From the NCBI GenBank assembly GCA_045531105.1, contig JAZSDJ010000058.1, forward strand, positions 1 to 41,879: DNA of 41,879 nucleotides, in the 5' to 3' direction. The notes below the pieces were generated by a model. It had not been told where the DNA came from. It was given only the letters and a program-made list of their open reading frames with translations, and did not search any database. Of this stretch, positions 1 to 7,238 are shown piece after piece. Source of the DNA: Eubacteriales bacterium (lineage in GTDB: Bacteria; Bacillota; Clostridia; Oscillospirales; CAG-272). The translations under genes were made by a program, and so were the position numbers. Positions within the stretch are counted from its first letter, which is position 1; every line of letters begins with the position of its first letter.

Positions 1-15
1 AATGATGATATTTTG
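1..15. repeat. terminal direct repeat, identical to 41865-41879 (circular closure or terminal redundancy)
   Basis: AATGATGATATTTTG is present at both extreme ends of the window. Confidence 0.9.
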
Positions 16-23
16 TTGTTGTT

Positions 24-188
24 GTAAATAGTAAATAATAAATAGTGTTTCAACTTTTACAATTCATATTTTCGTATATAGTATTTCTACCTATATAGGA
101 ATTTTGTTTATGTTATTTACAAAAGTGCGAAAAAGCCTTATATATCAAGAGTTTTCGGCGTAAATAACAATTTGCGAAAGTTATTTAC
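24..188 (+). repeat. iteron-like sites, copy A (part right of the window junction)
   Basis: GTAAATA at 24-30 and 31-37, ATAAATA at 38-44, GTTATTTAC at 112-120. Inverted pair GTAAATAAC 160-168 / GTTATTTAC 180-188 with an 11-nt spacer. Collinear with 27179-27342. Confidence 0.75.
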
Positions 189-244
189 ATCGGCTCGCTT
201 GGGTGGATTTTTGAAAAATTTTTTGAGAAATTTGCGAAAAGGGG

Positions 245-273
245 TTGACAATGTGGGAACAATGTGGTATAAT
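245..273 (+). promoter_or_regulatory. sigma70-type promoter (early cassette A)
   Basis: TTGACA 245-250, 17-nt spacer, TATAAT 268-273. Spacer contains ACAATGTGG twice. A/T-rich block upstream. Confidence 0.8.
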
Positions 274-324
274 ATAATCACAGGGTAAGGAAAGCCCACA
301 ATAAAGAAAGATGAGGTAATTAAA

Positions 325-489
325 ATGAAAAAAGGAAATGTATATGTAAACAAAATGAGTTCTGTTATTAGAGTAACATCTGTCAAAAGTGATATGGTAT
401 ATGTTACTTACAACGGAAAAAGAAAAAGCCCTATTAACAAGGTGGATTTTCAGGCTATGATTGATAATGGATATATTTGGGAGATTTAA
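325..489 (+). CDS. hypothetical small protein (54 aa)
   Basis: ATG 325 follows GAGG at 313-316. First ORF after the promoter. Below the ORF-track size cutoff (MKKGNVYVNKMSSVIRV...GYIWEI). Confidence 0.5.
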   Translation: MKKGNVYVNKMSSVIRVTSVKSDMVYVTYNGKRKSPINKVDFQAMIDNGYIWEI

Positions 490-491
490 TT

Positions 492-833
492 ATGAATTGC
501 AAAAAATGTATAAGTTACAAGCGGTGCAAAGAAAACAAAACCTTGATGGATAATTGCATTTGGTTCCTTGATGAAGAAAGTGTTTTGAAAAACGAGGGGG
601 AAAACCTTAAAAAATGCCCCTTTTGCGAAAAAGAAGCCGTTGCGTTGCGGAATATAGAGGATGGCATAGTTGCTTATAGGATTAGATGTTCAAACGTTCA
701 TTGTTTAGCAAGGACACAACGGTTTCCTGCTCTACATCAAGCGGAAATGGAATGGAACACAAGAACTGCTCCGATTTTACATTTGGAACATTGGAACAGG
801 GACTGGGGATATGTTATTAAGTATTGGTTGTGA
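492..833 (+). CDS. Lar-family restriction-alleviation-like zinc-ribbon protein with Cys-rich N-terminal extension
   Basis: KKCPFCEKEAV...IRCSNVHCLARTQ...AEMEWNTRT matches the Lar pattern (CPFCGG...C..C...A...WNTR). ATG 492 follows GGGAG at 478-482. Confidence 0.6.
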   Translation: MNCKKCISYKRCKENKTLMDNCIWFLDEESVLKNEGENLKKCPFCEKEAVALRNIEDGIVAYRIRCSNVHCLARTQRFPALHQAEMEWNTRTAPILHLEHWNRDWGYVIKYWL

Positions 834-839
834 GGTAAA

Positions 840-1109
840 GTGATGAAAAAATTTTTTACAAGTTTGAGTTATTATTTTAGTTTTAACAAAACAATAAAGC
901 CATATAAGAAAAAATGGCAAAAGCAGTTTGGGGCAAAAACTTGTATTAAAATTTGGTGGAAAACAAAATTTGTTGCAGTAATTTGTGAATTAAAAAATCC
1001 AAAATGTAAGCTCGCCCAAAGGATAGATCATCTTGATTATCAAACATTCGTAAAAAGAATGGAGCAAATGGAAAAATCGGTTGAAAGGAAATTCTTAAAT
1101 GAACGATAA
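840..1109 (+). CDS. hypothetical basic protein
   Basis: ORF in the track, packed within the operon. No motif recognised. Confidence 0.45.
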   Translation: MMKKFFTSLSYYFSFNKTIKPYKKKWQKQFGAKTCIKIWWKTKFVAVICELKNPKCKLAQRIDHLDYQTFVKRMEQMEKSVERKFLNER

Positions 1110-1350
1110 CGACAAAGCAAACCAAAAGTGTTTAAGATGTGTTCATATCAAGGTTTGCGAACACATTGATGATGGCATTCAAATGTGTTGTTCGGGTTAT
1201 GATGGGTGCGAAATGTTTGAGGATTTAAAAACCGCAACAATTAGAATGTTTACCGAGAGTTACGAAAAGAACATAAAATATTATGATGTTGTTGATGAAT
1301 GTGAAGAAACAATAGATTATAAAAAGATTTTTGAGGAGGTAATGAAATGA
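1099..1350 (+). CDS. hypothetical Cys-rich protein
   Basis: KCLRCVHIKVCEH...MCCSGYDGCEMF. Start overlaps the upstream stop. Confidence 0.5.
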   Translation: MNDNDKANQKCLRCVHIKVCEHIDDGIQMCCSGYDGCEMFEDLKTATIRMFTESYEKNIKYYDVVDECEETIDYKKIFEEVMK

Positions 1351-1490
1351 CAAAAACAAAAGAGTTCAAATTCCGCTTAACCGAAAAAGAATTTGAAAAA
1401 ATGCGAGAATTAGCCAAACAAGAAGGGCGAACAATGTCAAATCTGCTCCGCTACCTCGTAGCAAAGGAAAGGAAGGAGAGGGAGAAATGA
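1347..1490 (+). CDS. ribbon-helix-helix (CopG/Arc-like) protein, 47 aa
   Basis: MTKTKEFKFRLTEKEFEKMRELAKQEGRTMSNLLRYLVAKE: beta-strand, helix, helix RHH pattern. ATGA overlaps on both sides. Below the ORF-track cutoff. Confidence 0.65.
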   Translation: MTKTKEFKFRLTEKEFEKMRELAKQEGRTMSNLLRYLVAKERKEREK

Positions 1491-1715
1491 GAGAATTAAA
1501 GCCGTGTCCGTTTTGCGGTGGATTGGCAAGGGTTTTTGACAAAGGCAAATTGTCTTTTTATATCGGTTGTGAAAATGGTTGTGCAAAGACAGAAAATTAT
1601 ACAGTTTGGCACAAAACAGAGCCATTGAGAACACTTGACAAAACCGAAAAAAATGAAATGGGCGATTGATGCGTGGAATACTCGCACACCCCAAAATGAT
1701 GAGGTGAGGGAATGA
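1487..1715 (+). pseudogene. Lar-family restriction-alleviation homolog, reading frame broken at an A7 run (error, pseudogene or recoding)
   Basis: N-terminal LKPCPFCGGLA...IGCENGCAKT is in frame A, which stops at 1667-1669. The conserved C-terminal AIDAWNTRT is in the +1 frame, which stops at 1713-1715. The frames join at AAAAAAA, 1647-1653. Confidence 0.7.
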
Positions 1716-1731
1716 AAGGAGAAAATGAAAA

Positions 1732-2289
1732 ATGAAGAAAATACCGACATTATTTGAAAGAGAATATGCAAATCACAAAGTTGTAGGAATTAAGCCGAAT
1801 GTTACCGAAGGTATGGAATGGGTGCTTGAAGGTGAAGGAATTGCAACAGTCAAGATTGACGGCTCTTGTTGTGCTATTATCAACGGAGAATTTTACAAAA
1901 GATATGATGCAAAGAAAGGTAAGAGAGCACCCGAAGGAGCAATACCTTGTTGCGAGCCCGATGCAGTTACAGGACATCATCCTCATTGGGTAAAAGTTGA
2001 CGAAAACAATCCTGCTGACAAGTGGTTTGTGATTGCATACCAAAACACAGACAATCGAATGGATGGCACTTACGAAGCAATAGGAATACACTTTCAAGGC
2101 AACCCACACGAACTTGATTGCGATATTCTTGTAAAACACGGTCAAGAAATTGTCGAGGTTGAGCGTTCTTTTGATGGCATCAAAGAGTGGTTAAGAACGC
2201 ACAATGAGGAAGGTCTTGTATTTTGGAAAGACGGAGAACCAAAATGCAAAATCAAGCGTTCTGATTTTGGCTTTGATTGGAACAAATAA
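1732..2289 (+). CDS. minimal ATP-dependent nucleic-acid (RNA/DNA) ligase-like nucleotidyltransferase
   Basis: Motif I KxDG in GIATVKIDGSCCAI. 185 aa. The IPTLFER...WVLEGEG N-terminus and EGLVFW...KIKRSDFG C-terminus are typical of small ligase-like phage proteins. Confidence 0.6.
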   Translation: MKKIPTLFEREYANHKVVGIKPNVTEGMEWVLEGEGIATVKIDGSCCAIINGEFYKRYDAKKGKRAPEGAIPCCEPDAVTGHHPHWVKVDENNPADKWFVIAYQNTDNRMDGTYEAIGIHFQGNPHELDCDILVKHGQEIVEVERSFDGIKEWLRTHNEEGLVFWKDGEPKCKIKRSDFGFDWNK

Positions 2290-2333
2290 CCTCCTATTGA
2301 CAAAACCAATTTAATATGATATGAGGTGAGGAT

Positions 2334-2621
2334 ATGGGAGAAGAAAAGATAACGTGGACAATTACAAAAAAATATGTGAATGTCGGCACAAAAGAAAATC
2401 CCGAATGGTTGCCGTTGAATGAATGGATATCTGTTAATACAAGATTGCCCGAAATCAATCAAACGGTTATTTGCTTATATAACAGTTCTTATGAGTACAA
2501 AGATAATGTTATTGTATGCACATATTGTGGGGATGATATTTGGGAAGATTATTATGGTTGCACAACAACGGAAAAAATAACGCATTGGATGTTCTTGCCA
2601 AGTCCACCTATTGACAAATAA
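2334..2621 (+). CDS. DUF551-like protein
   Basis: WISVNTRLPE...THWMFLPSPP resembles the DUF551 signature (W.s..d.LPe...thWmplPepP). Confidence 0.6.
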   Translation: MGEEKITWTITKKYVNVGTKENPEWLPLNEWISVNTRLPEINQTVICLYNSSYEYKDNVIVCTYCGDDIWEDYYGCTTTEKITHWMFLPSPPIDK

Positions 2622-2639
2622 AAAATAATATGCTATAAT
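2611..2639 (+). promoter_or_regulatory. sigma70-type promoter
   Basis: TTGACA 2611-2616, 17 nt, TATAAT 2634-2639. Overlaps the stop of the upstream gene. Confidence 0.7.
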
Positions 2640-2711
2640 GTAAGAGTAGAATTGTAATGTTCTACAATATCTAACAAGACCGAACACGGCGAGAAAGGAT
2701 TAACTTGCATT

Positions 2712-2924
2712 ATGGCAGAAAAAATCAGATGTTCCGAATGTGGAAACATTATTGCGTATGAGAATGAGCCTATCAATGACAGGGGCGAAATTTCAATTAT
2801 GTGCAACAACCGCAAACCGAATGGAAAGCGGTGCAAAACGATAAACATTATTACCCGAAGATTATCGGGAGAAAGTGAGAAAGAAAATGCAAGACAACAT
2901 AATTTATTGCACGAAAGAGTATAG
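2712..2924 (+). CDS. zinc-ribbon protein, Mu Com-like
   Basis: MAEKIRCSECGNIIAYENE...ISIMCNNRKPNGKRCKTINII resembles the Com layout (IRC..C ... C...C). The 3' end overlaps the next gene. Confidence 0.4.
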   Translation: MAEKIRCSECGNIIAYENEPINDRGEISIMCNNRKPNGKRCKTINIITRRLSGESEKENARQHNLLHERV

Positions 2925-3648
2925 CATATTCAAAAAGTTATACGGCAATAGGGATATTTTAGACAGTCGAAAAAATACCATAAAAAGCAGTATTTTGGAA
3001 AATGGATATATAAGAAATCCTATTGTGGTAAATGAAAATCTTGAAATTATAGATGGTCAAGGAAGATTTGAGGCGTTGAAAGAACTCGGTCTGCCTATCG
3101 AATATGTCATAGCGCACGGAGCAGGGCATAAGGAATGTATCGCTCTAAATGCAAACCAAAAGAATTGGAAAACAAGCGATTACGTGAAAAGTTATGCTGA
3201 AATCGGTATAAAAGAATATGTGTTCGTTCACGAAATGTGTGAGATGTTCCCGAATTTAGACCAAGCAAATATTGTTGGCGTTTGTATGAAGGTGAACAAC
3301 GGTGGCGGTTCTGTTTCGAGATATATAAAAAGCGGAAAACTCAAATTATATCACGAAGAAACCATACCCGAAAGATTGAAACTCTATGAAAAGTTGCACA
3401 ATATTATATGCGGAGATGCTGATTTTGGAATACAAAGAGCATATGCAGGACTTGTGACTTTTTTGTATGAGTGCAAGGAAATTGACGAGGAAAAGGTGTT
3501 GAGGCACATACAAAAATATAAAGAATATATGTCTCCGTCTTTTAATATTAAACAAGCGTTGAAAAATATGGAATTTGTCTATAATAGATGTTCTAAAAAA
3601 TATGTGTATTTTTCTCCGTTGTTTGATGAATGGAATAAAGGGAATTAA
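2875..3648 (+). CDS. ParB/Srx-like N-terminal domain protein (nuclease or DNA-binding)
   Basis: NPIVVNENLEIIDGQGRFEALKELG fits the ParB-type DGxxR motif (close to DGQHR). GTG 2875, alternative ATG 2887. Confidence 0.6.
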   Translation: MRKKMQDNIIYCTKEYSIFKKLYGNRDILDSRKNTIKSSILENGYIRNPIVVNENLEIIDGQGRFEALKELGLPIEYVIAHGAGHKECIALNANQKNWKTSDYVKSYAEIGIKEYVFVHEMCEMFPNLDQANIVGVCMKVNNGGGSVSRYIKSGKLKLYHEETIPERLKLYEKLHNIICGDADFGIQRAYAGLVTFLYECKEIDEEKVLRHIQKYKEYMSPSFNIKQALKNMEFVYNRCSKKYVYFSPLFDEWNKGN

Positions 3649-3676
3649 CACCAATAACTGAAATAATCGGTAATGA

Positions 3677-3714
3677 GTGTCAACAGTAGTTTATGCTATT
3701 GTTGGCACTTTTTA
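3677..3714 (+). terminator. intrinsic terminator
   Basis: GTGTCAACA 3677-3685 pairs with TGTTGGCAC 3700-3708 (one G-U pair), followed by TTTTTATATTTT. Confidence 0.65.
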
Positions 3715-3809
3715 TATTTTGTTGGCAACTCGTAAAGTTGCAAAGCTCAATTAAAGCAAGAGGCGATACCTCGTAAAAAATCGTAGCAATAAAGGAGATA
3801 AAAGAGATT

Positions 3810-4430
3810 ATGAAGCGTGAAGAAATCAAGGCAATTTTTGCCGATGCAACAGACGAACAGTTGAAAGCCGTTATGGATTTGAACGGTGCTGATGTTGAGA
3901 AAGCAAAGTCGAAAGTCACGGCACTTGAAACCGAATTGAAAGAAAAGAAAGCGGATTTTGACAAACTCAACAACGAATTTGAAGCACTAAAAACCGCAAA
4001 CGCAAGCGGTGAGGATTGGAAAGCAAAGTTTGAGGCTTTACAGGCTGAAAATGTCGCAAAGGAAAAACAGGCAGAAGCAGACCGCATACTTGCTGAAAAG
4101 AATGCAGACATTGAAAAGCGTTTTGCTGAATGTGTAGGCGATAAGAAGTTCTCGCACGATGCAATCAAAGCAGACTACCTCAAAAAGTTTGCAGATGCAC
4201 TTGAAAGTGGAGAATACAAGGGCAAGGGCGATGTTGACATCTTCCACGCATTAACCAAAGACGATGCCACCGCATTTACAGGCGTTACTGCCGTTAAGTT
4301 GCAGGGGGGCAGACCGATGGGAACAGGACACGGTTATTCCTCGGTCAAGGATATTATGAATAGCGATATGACCCGTGAGCAGAAGCGACAGGCTATCGCT
4401 GAAAATATTGCGAAAGGAAATATTGAATAA
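3810..4430 (+). CDS. capsid scaffolding protein (GP20-like)
   Basis: Charged coiled-coil protein (MKREEIKAIFADATDEQLKAVMDLNGADVEKAKSKVTALETELKEKK) directly upstream of the capsid gene. Confidence 0.7.
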   Translation: MKREEIKAIFADATDEQLKAVMDLNGADVEKAKSKVTALETELKEKKADFDKLNNEFEALKTANASGEDWKAKFEALQAENVAKEKQAEADRILAEKNADIEKRFAECVGDKKFSHDAIKADYLKKFADALESGEYKGKGDVDIFHALTKDDATAFTGVTAVKLQGGRPMGTGHGYSSVKDIMNSDMTREQKRQAIAENIAKGNIE

Positions 4431-5293
4431 TGGCAGAGACTAATCTTATTAAGAAAGCAGACCTCGCAAGAGCGAGAGAGATCGAATTTACCTACAACTT
4501 TTCGGATGGCGTTAGAAAGCTGATGGAAGCTCTCGGCGTTACCCGTAAGATTGCAAAGCAGGCAGGAACTGTGCTGAAAGCATACAAGGCTGTTGGCACT
4601 CTTGAAAATGGTGAAGTGCCCGAGGGCGATGTTATTCCCCTTTCCAAGTATGCAACCGAGCCTGTAAACTTTGGAGAGATTACGCTGAAGAAGTGGAGAA
4701 AGGCTACCTCTGCGGAGGCTATCGTTGAGCGTGGTTACGATCAGGCGGTTGAGATGACTACCGACAGAATGCTTCGTGATGTGCAGAAGGCTATTCGTGC
4801 AGACCTTTTCTCTTACCTTGGCGAGGGTACGGGCGAAGCAAGTGGTGCAAACTTCCAAGCGGTTCTTGCGCAGGCTTGGGGTCAGCTCCAAGTCAAGTAT
4901 GAGGACGATGCTATTCAGGCTGTTTACTTTGTAAATCCTCTTGATATTGCTGATTATCTTGCAGAGGCATCTATCACTACGCAGACCGCTTTTGGTATGA
5001 CCTATGTTGAGGACTTCCTCGGTCTTGGTACTGTGATTATGAATGCAAGCGTACCGAAGGGCAAGGTTTATGCTACCGCAAAGGAGAATATCGTGCTTTA
5101 CTATATTCCTGTAAACGGCGCAGATCTCGGTGAGGCGTTTGATTTCACTACCGATGAGACGGGTTACATCGGCATCCACGAAACCCCCGATTACACCAAT
5201 ATGACCGCATCTGATACCGTTGTCAATGGTATGGTATTCTTTGCAGAGAGAATTGACGGCGTTGTGGTTGGCACTATCGGCGCAGGTGCGTGA
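4430..5293 (+). CDS. major capsid protein
   Basis: 287 aa, TAATG coupling to the scaffold gene. Position and size are typical of an HK97-fold capsid protein. Confidence 0.7.
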   Translation: MAETNLIKKADLARAREIEFTYNFSDGVRKLMEALGVTRKIAKQAGTVLKAYKAVGTLENGEVPEGDVIPLSKYATEPVNFGEITLKKWRKATSAEAIVERGYDQAVEMTTDRMLRDVQKAIRADLFSYLGEGTGEASGANFQAVLAQAWGQLQVKYEDDAIQAVYFVNPLDIADYLAEASITTQTAFGMTYVEDFLGLGTVIMNASVPKGKVYATAKENIVLYYIPVNGADLGEAFDFTTDETGYIGIHETPDYTNMTASDTVVNGMVFFAERIDGVVVGTIGAGA

Positions 5294-5297
5294 TTGA

Positions 5298-5480
5298 ATG
5301 TACCGAGTAATTAAGTATTTTACCGATTTGCAGGACAATAATCACGAATACAACGTGGGGGATATTTATCCCCACAATAAAAAGAAAGTTTCTGCAAGTC
5401 GGATAAAAGAACTTTCCACAGACAAAAACAGACGAGGCGTTCCGCTTATTGAGAAAGTGGAAGAACCGAAAGAAGAATAA
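5298..5480 (+). CDS. small conserved head-module protein
   Basis: YRVIKYFTDLQDNNHEYNVGDIYP...SRIKELSTDKNRRGVPLIE. This pattern recurs between capsid and connector genes of Firmicutes phages. Confidence 0.5.
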   Translation: MYRVIKYFTDLQDNNHEYNVGDIYPHNKKKVSASRIKELSTDKNRRGVPLIEKVEEPKEE

Positions 5481-5502
5481 CACGAAGAAAGGCGGTTGAA
5501 TT

Positions 5503-5877
5503 ATGCAATATCTAACCTATGAGGAATACCAAGAAATAGGCGGTACGCTTGATTTGACCGCTTTTTCACGAAACATTGACCGAGCGTGCGCTATGATTGA
5601 TATTCGCACTCAATCACGGCTTGAAGCGTTTGAGAGCATCCCACAAATTGTAAAAATAGTGTGTGCGGATTTGGTGGGGTATATAGCAACAAACACGGTT
5701 GAGAAGCCAATCGTAACGAGCAAAAGCCAATCGGCGGGTGGAGTGAGTGAAAGCGAAAGCTATGCAGTAAAAACGGCTGACGATTTCGCAAACGACCTTA
5801 ACAGGATAATTGAGCCGTTGGCTACGGTAAAGACCGCAAACGGCATCAGCATCTTGTACAGGGGGGCGATGTCTTGA
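5503..5877 (+). CDS. head-tail connector (gp6/gp15-like) protein
   Basis: MQYLTYEEYQEIGG...FSRNIDRACAMID N-terminus and gene position. Confidence 0.55.
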   Translation: MQYLTYEEYQEIGGTLDLTAFSRNIDRACAMIDIRTQSRLEAFESIPQIVKIVCADLVGYIATNTVEKPIVTSKSQSAGGVSESESYAVKTADDFANDLNRIIEPLATVKTANGISILYRGAMS

Positions 5878-6389
5878 AAATAAAATTTAAAGTCAAGTAT
5901 GGCGAAAATGTAATTGACATACCTATTCCCGAGCAAAGTCAAAGACCGACATTTGATAAGGGTGGTATGACGGACTTGTGGAAACACAAGGTTACGATTT
6001 ACAATGACATTCCCAAAACTGCGGTTGAGGACAGACACTTTGACCAATTTGTAATTGATTTATGCAACATTCAAGGCGGTATCGTTAGCAAGGCTGACGG
6101 AACGATTGAAAACATAGTCAATGCGGTTACGGTTATATCGAAAGATGTTGACCGTTACAAGACACCGCTTGAATATGCCAAACTACCCGTAGATATTCGA
6201 GAGGATTTTTATACGGCGCAAGTGGGAGATTTTGTCGTATTGTCGGAGGTTGACGATATTGTAACAACAAGCCGAGAGTTTGCAGAATTGCAAGAAAAAT
6301 ACAAAGATAACGGCATTGTTGTCCGTTCTGTATCGGCAAACATTCATGGAATGAGCGTTGACAATGTTACCATAACGAATGTGGGGTGA
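5874..6389 (+). CDS. head-tail joining protein (putative)
   Basis: TTG start overlaps the upstream stop. Lies between connector and tail genes. Confidence 0.4.
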   Translation: MKIKFKVKYGENVIDIPIPEQSQRPTFDKGGMTDLWKHKVTIYNDIPKTAVEDRHFDQFVIDLCNIQGGIVSKADGTIENIVNAVTVISKDVDRYKTPLEYAKLPVDIREDFYTAQVGDFVVLSEVDDIVTTSREFAELQEKYKDNGIVVRSVSANIHGMSVDNVTITNVG

Positions 6390-6393
6390 TTGA

Positions 6394-6903
6394 ATGAGTA
6401 AAATAACGGATTTATACGATTATTTTTTGAATTGCCCTCAATGCCAAGATTTATTGCCTATAACAGGAGAGGCAACAAGGGGCAAAGAAATATTCTTCCC
6501 TCGTGGTTCTTCTCCCATATATGCGACACAGAATGAAAATCTTGATGTGCTTGGAAATTATAATAGCACATTTTCGCCCTATCCGTCTTTGTATGAAGAT
6601 TGGCAAATGAATCTTTATCGTTATGCTGACCCAAATGACGAAACGCAAGACGAAACCAATATCAACATAGAAAACTATGAAGATGTTGAGGAAATTTGTA
6701 ATTGGATTTTGCAAAACAACACAAACCGAGATTTGCCACAATACAATGGCGAAAAGGTTGTTGCAATAGTGCCGACAGGAACAATGCCGAATATTTGGGA
6801 TGCGGACGAAACAAAACAAATGATTACTTATGTAATAACAATAAGAGTTTATTTTGTAAATCCCAACCCAAGAATTGAGGTAGAATATGAATGTGAGGAT
6901 TGA
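6394..6903 (+). CDS. head-tail joining / neck protein (putative), acidic
   Basis: Synteny only. Confidence 0.4.
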   Translation: MSKITDLYDYFLNCPQCQDLLPITGEATRGKEIFFPRGSSPIYATQNENLDVLGNYNSTFSPYPSLYEDWQMNLYRYADPNDETQDETNINIENYEDVEEICNWILQNNTNRDLPQYNGEKVVAIVPTGTMPNIWDADETKQMITYVITIRVYFVNPNPRIEVEYECED

Positions 6904-7219
6904 CCTTAACGAGCCGAAGATTTTGGCAAAGGTGCAGAATGACCGATTTGGACTATTTGTCAGCCAATCTTGGAAGCGACTAATCGATCCATACACCCCG
7001 AGAGATACAGGAACAATGCAAGACACGGCAAAATTGTATCCGCTCAAGATACATTATATTCAGCCGTATTCTGCAAGGGTTTATTATGGCAGGGATTTCA
7101 ATTTCCAACATAAAAACCCATATTCTACTTATGAGTGGGATAAAGCGGCGGCAAATGCAGGTCAGCTTGACAAATTAACACGCACGCTAAACAACGCTTT
7201 ACAAAGCGGACAATATTGA
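6887..7219 (+). CDS. tail completion / HK97 gp10-like protein
   Basis: PRDTGTMQDT...IHYIQPYSARVYYG resembles the P.dTG.l...y..pYA..v.yg pattern. Sits immediately upstream of the major tail gene. Confidence 0.5.
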   Translation: MNVRIDLNEPKILAKVQNDRFGLFVSQSWKRLIDPYTPRDTGTMQDTAKLYPLKIHYIQPYSARVYYGRDFNFQHKNPYSTYEWDKAAANAGQLDKLTRTLNNALQSGQY

Positions 7220-7238
7220 TGAAAGGAAATACAGATAA

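Noticed and set aside
1-15. 15-nt terminal repeats as attL/attR of an excised or integrated prophage
   Set aside because: There is no integrase or excisionase and no flanking host genes. A regulatory module is reconstituted across the junction. Circular closure is the simpler explanation.
2297-2325. Additional promoter TTGACA-N17-TATGAG upstream of the DUF551 gene
   Set aside because: The -10 element is poor (TATGAG) and overlaps the RBS region. I did not count it as a feature.
3700-3745. TGGCAC / TGGCAA...TTGCA as a sigma54 (-24/-12) promoter
   Set aside because: The spacing between the GG and GC elements does not fit the GG-N10-GC rule in either copy.
4334-5338. 334-aa ORF on the minus strand
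   Set aside because: It lies entirely antisense to the scaffold and capsid genes, has odd composition and no RBS context. Every credible gene is on the + strand. I judge it a shadow ORF.
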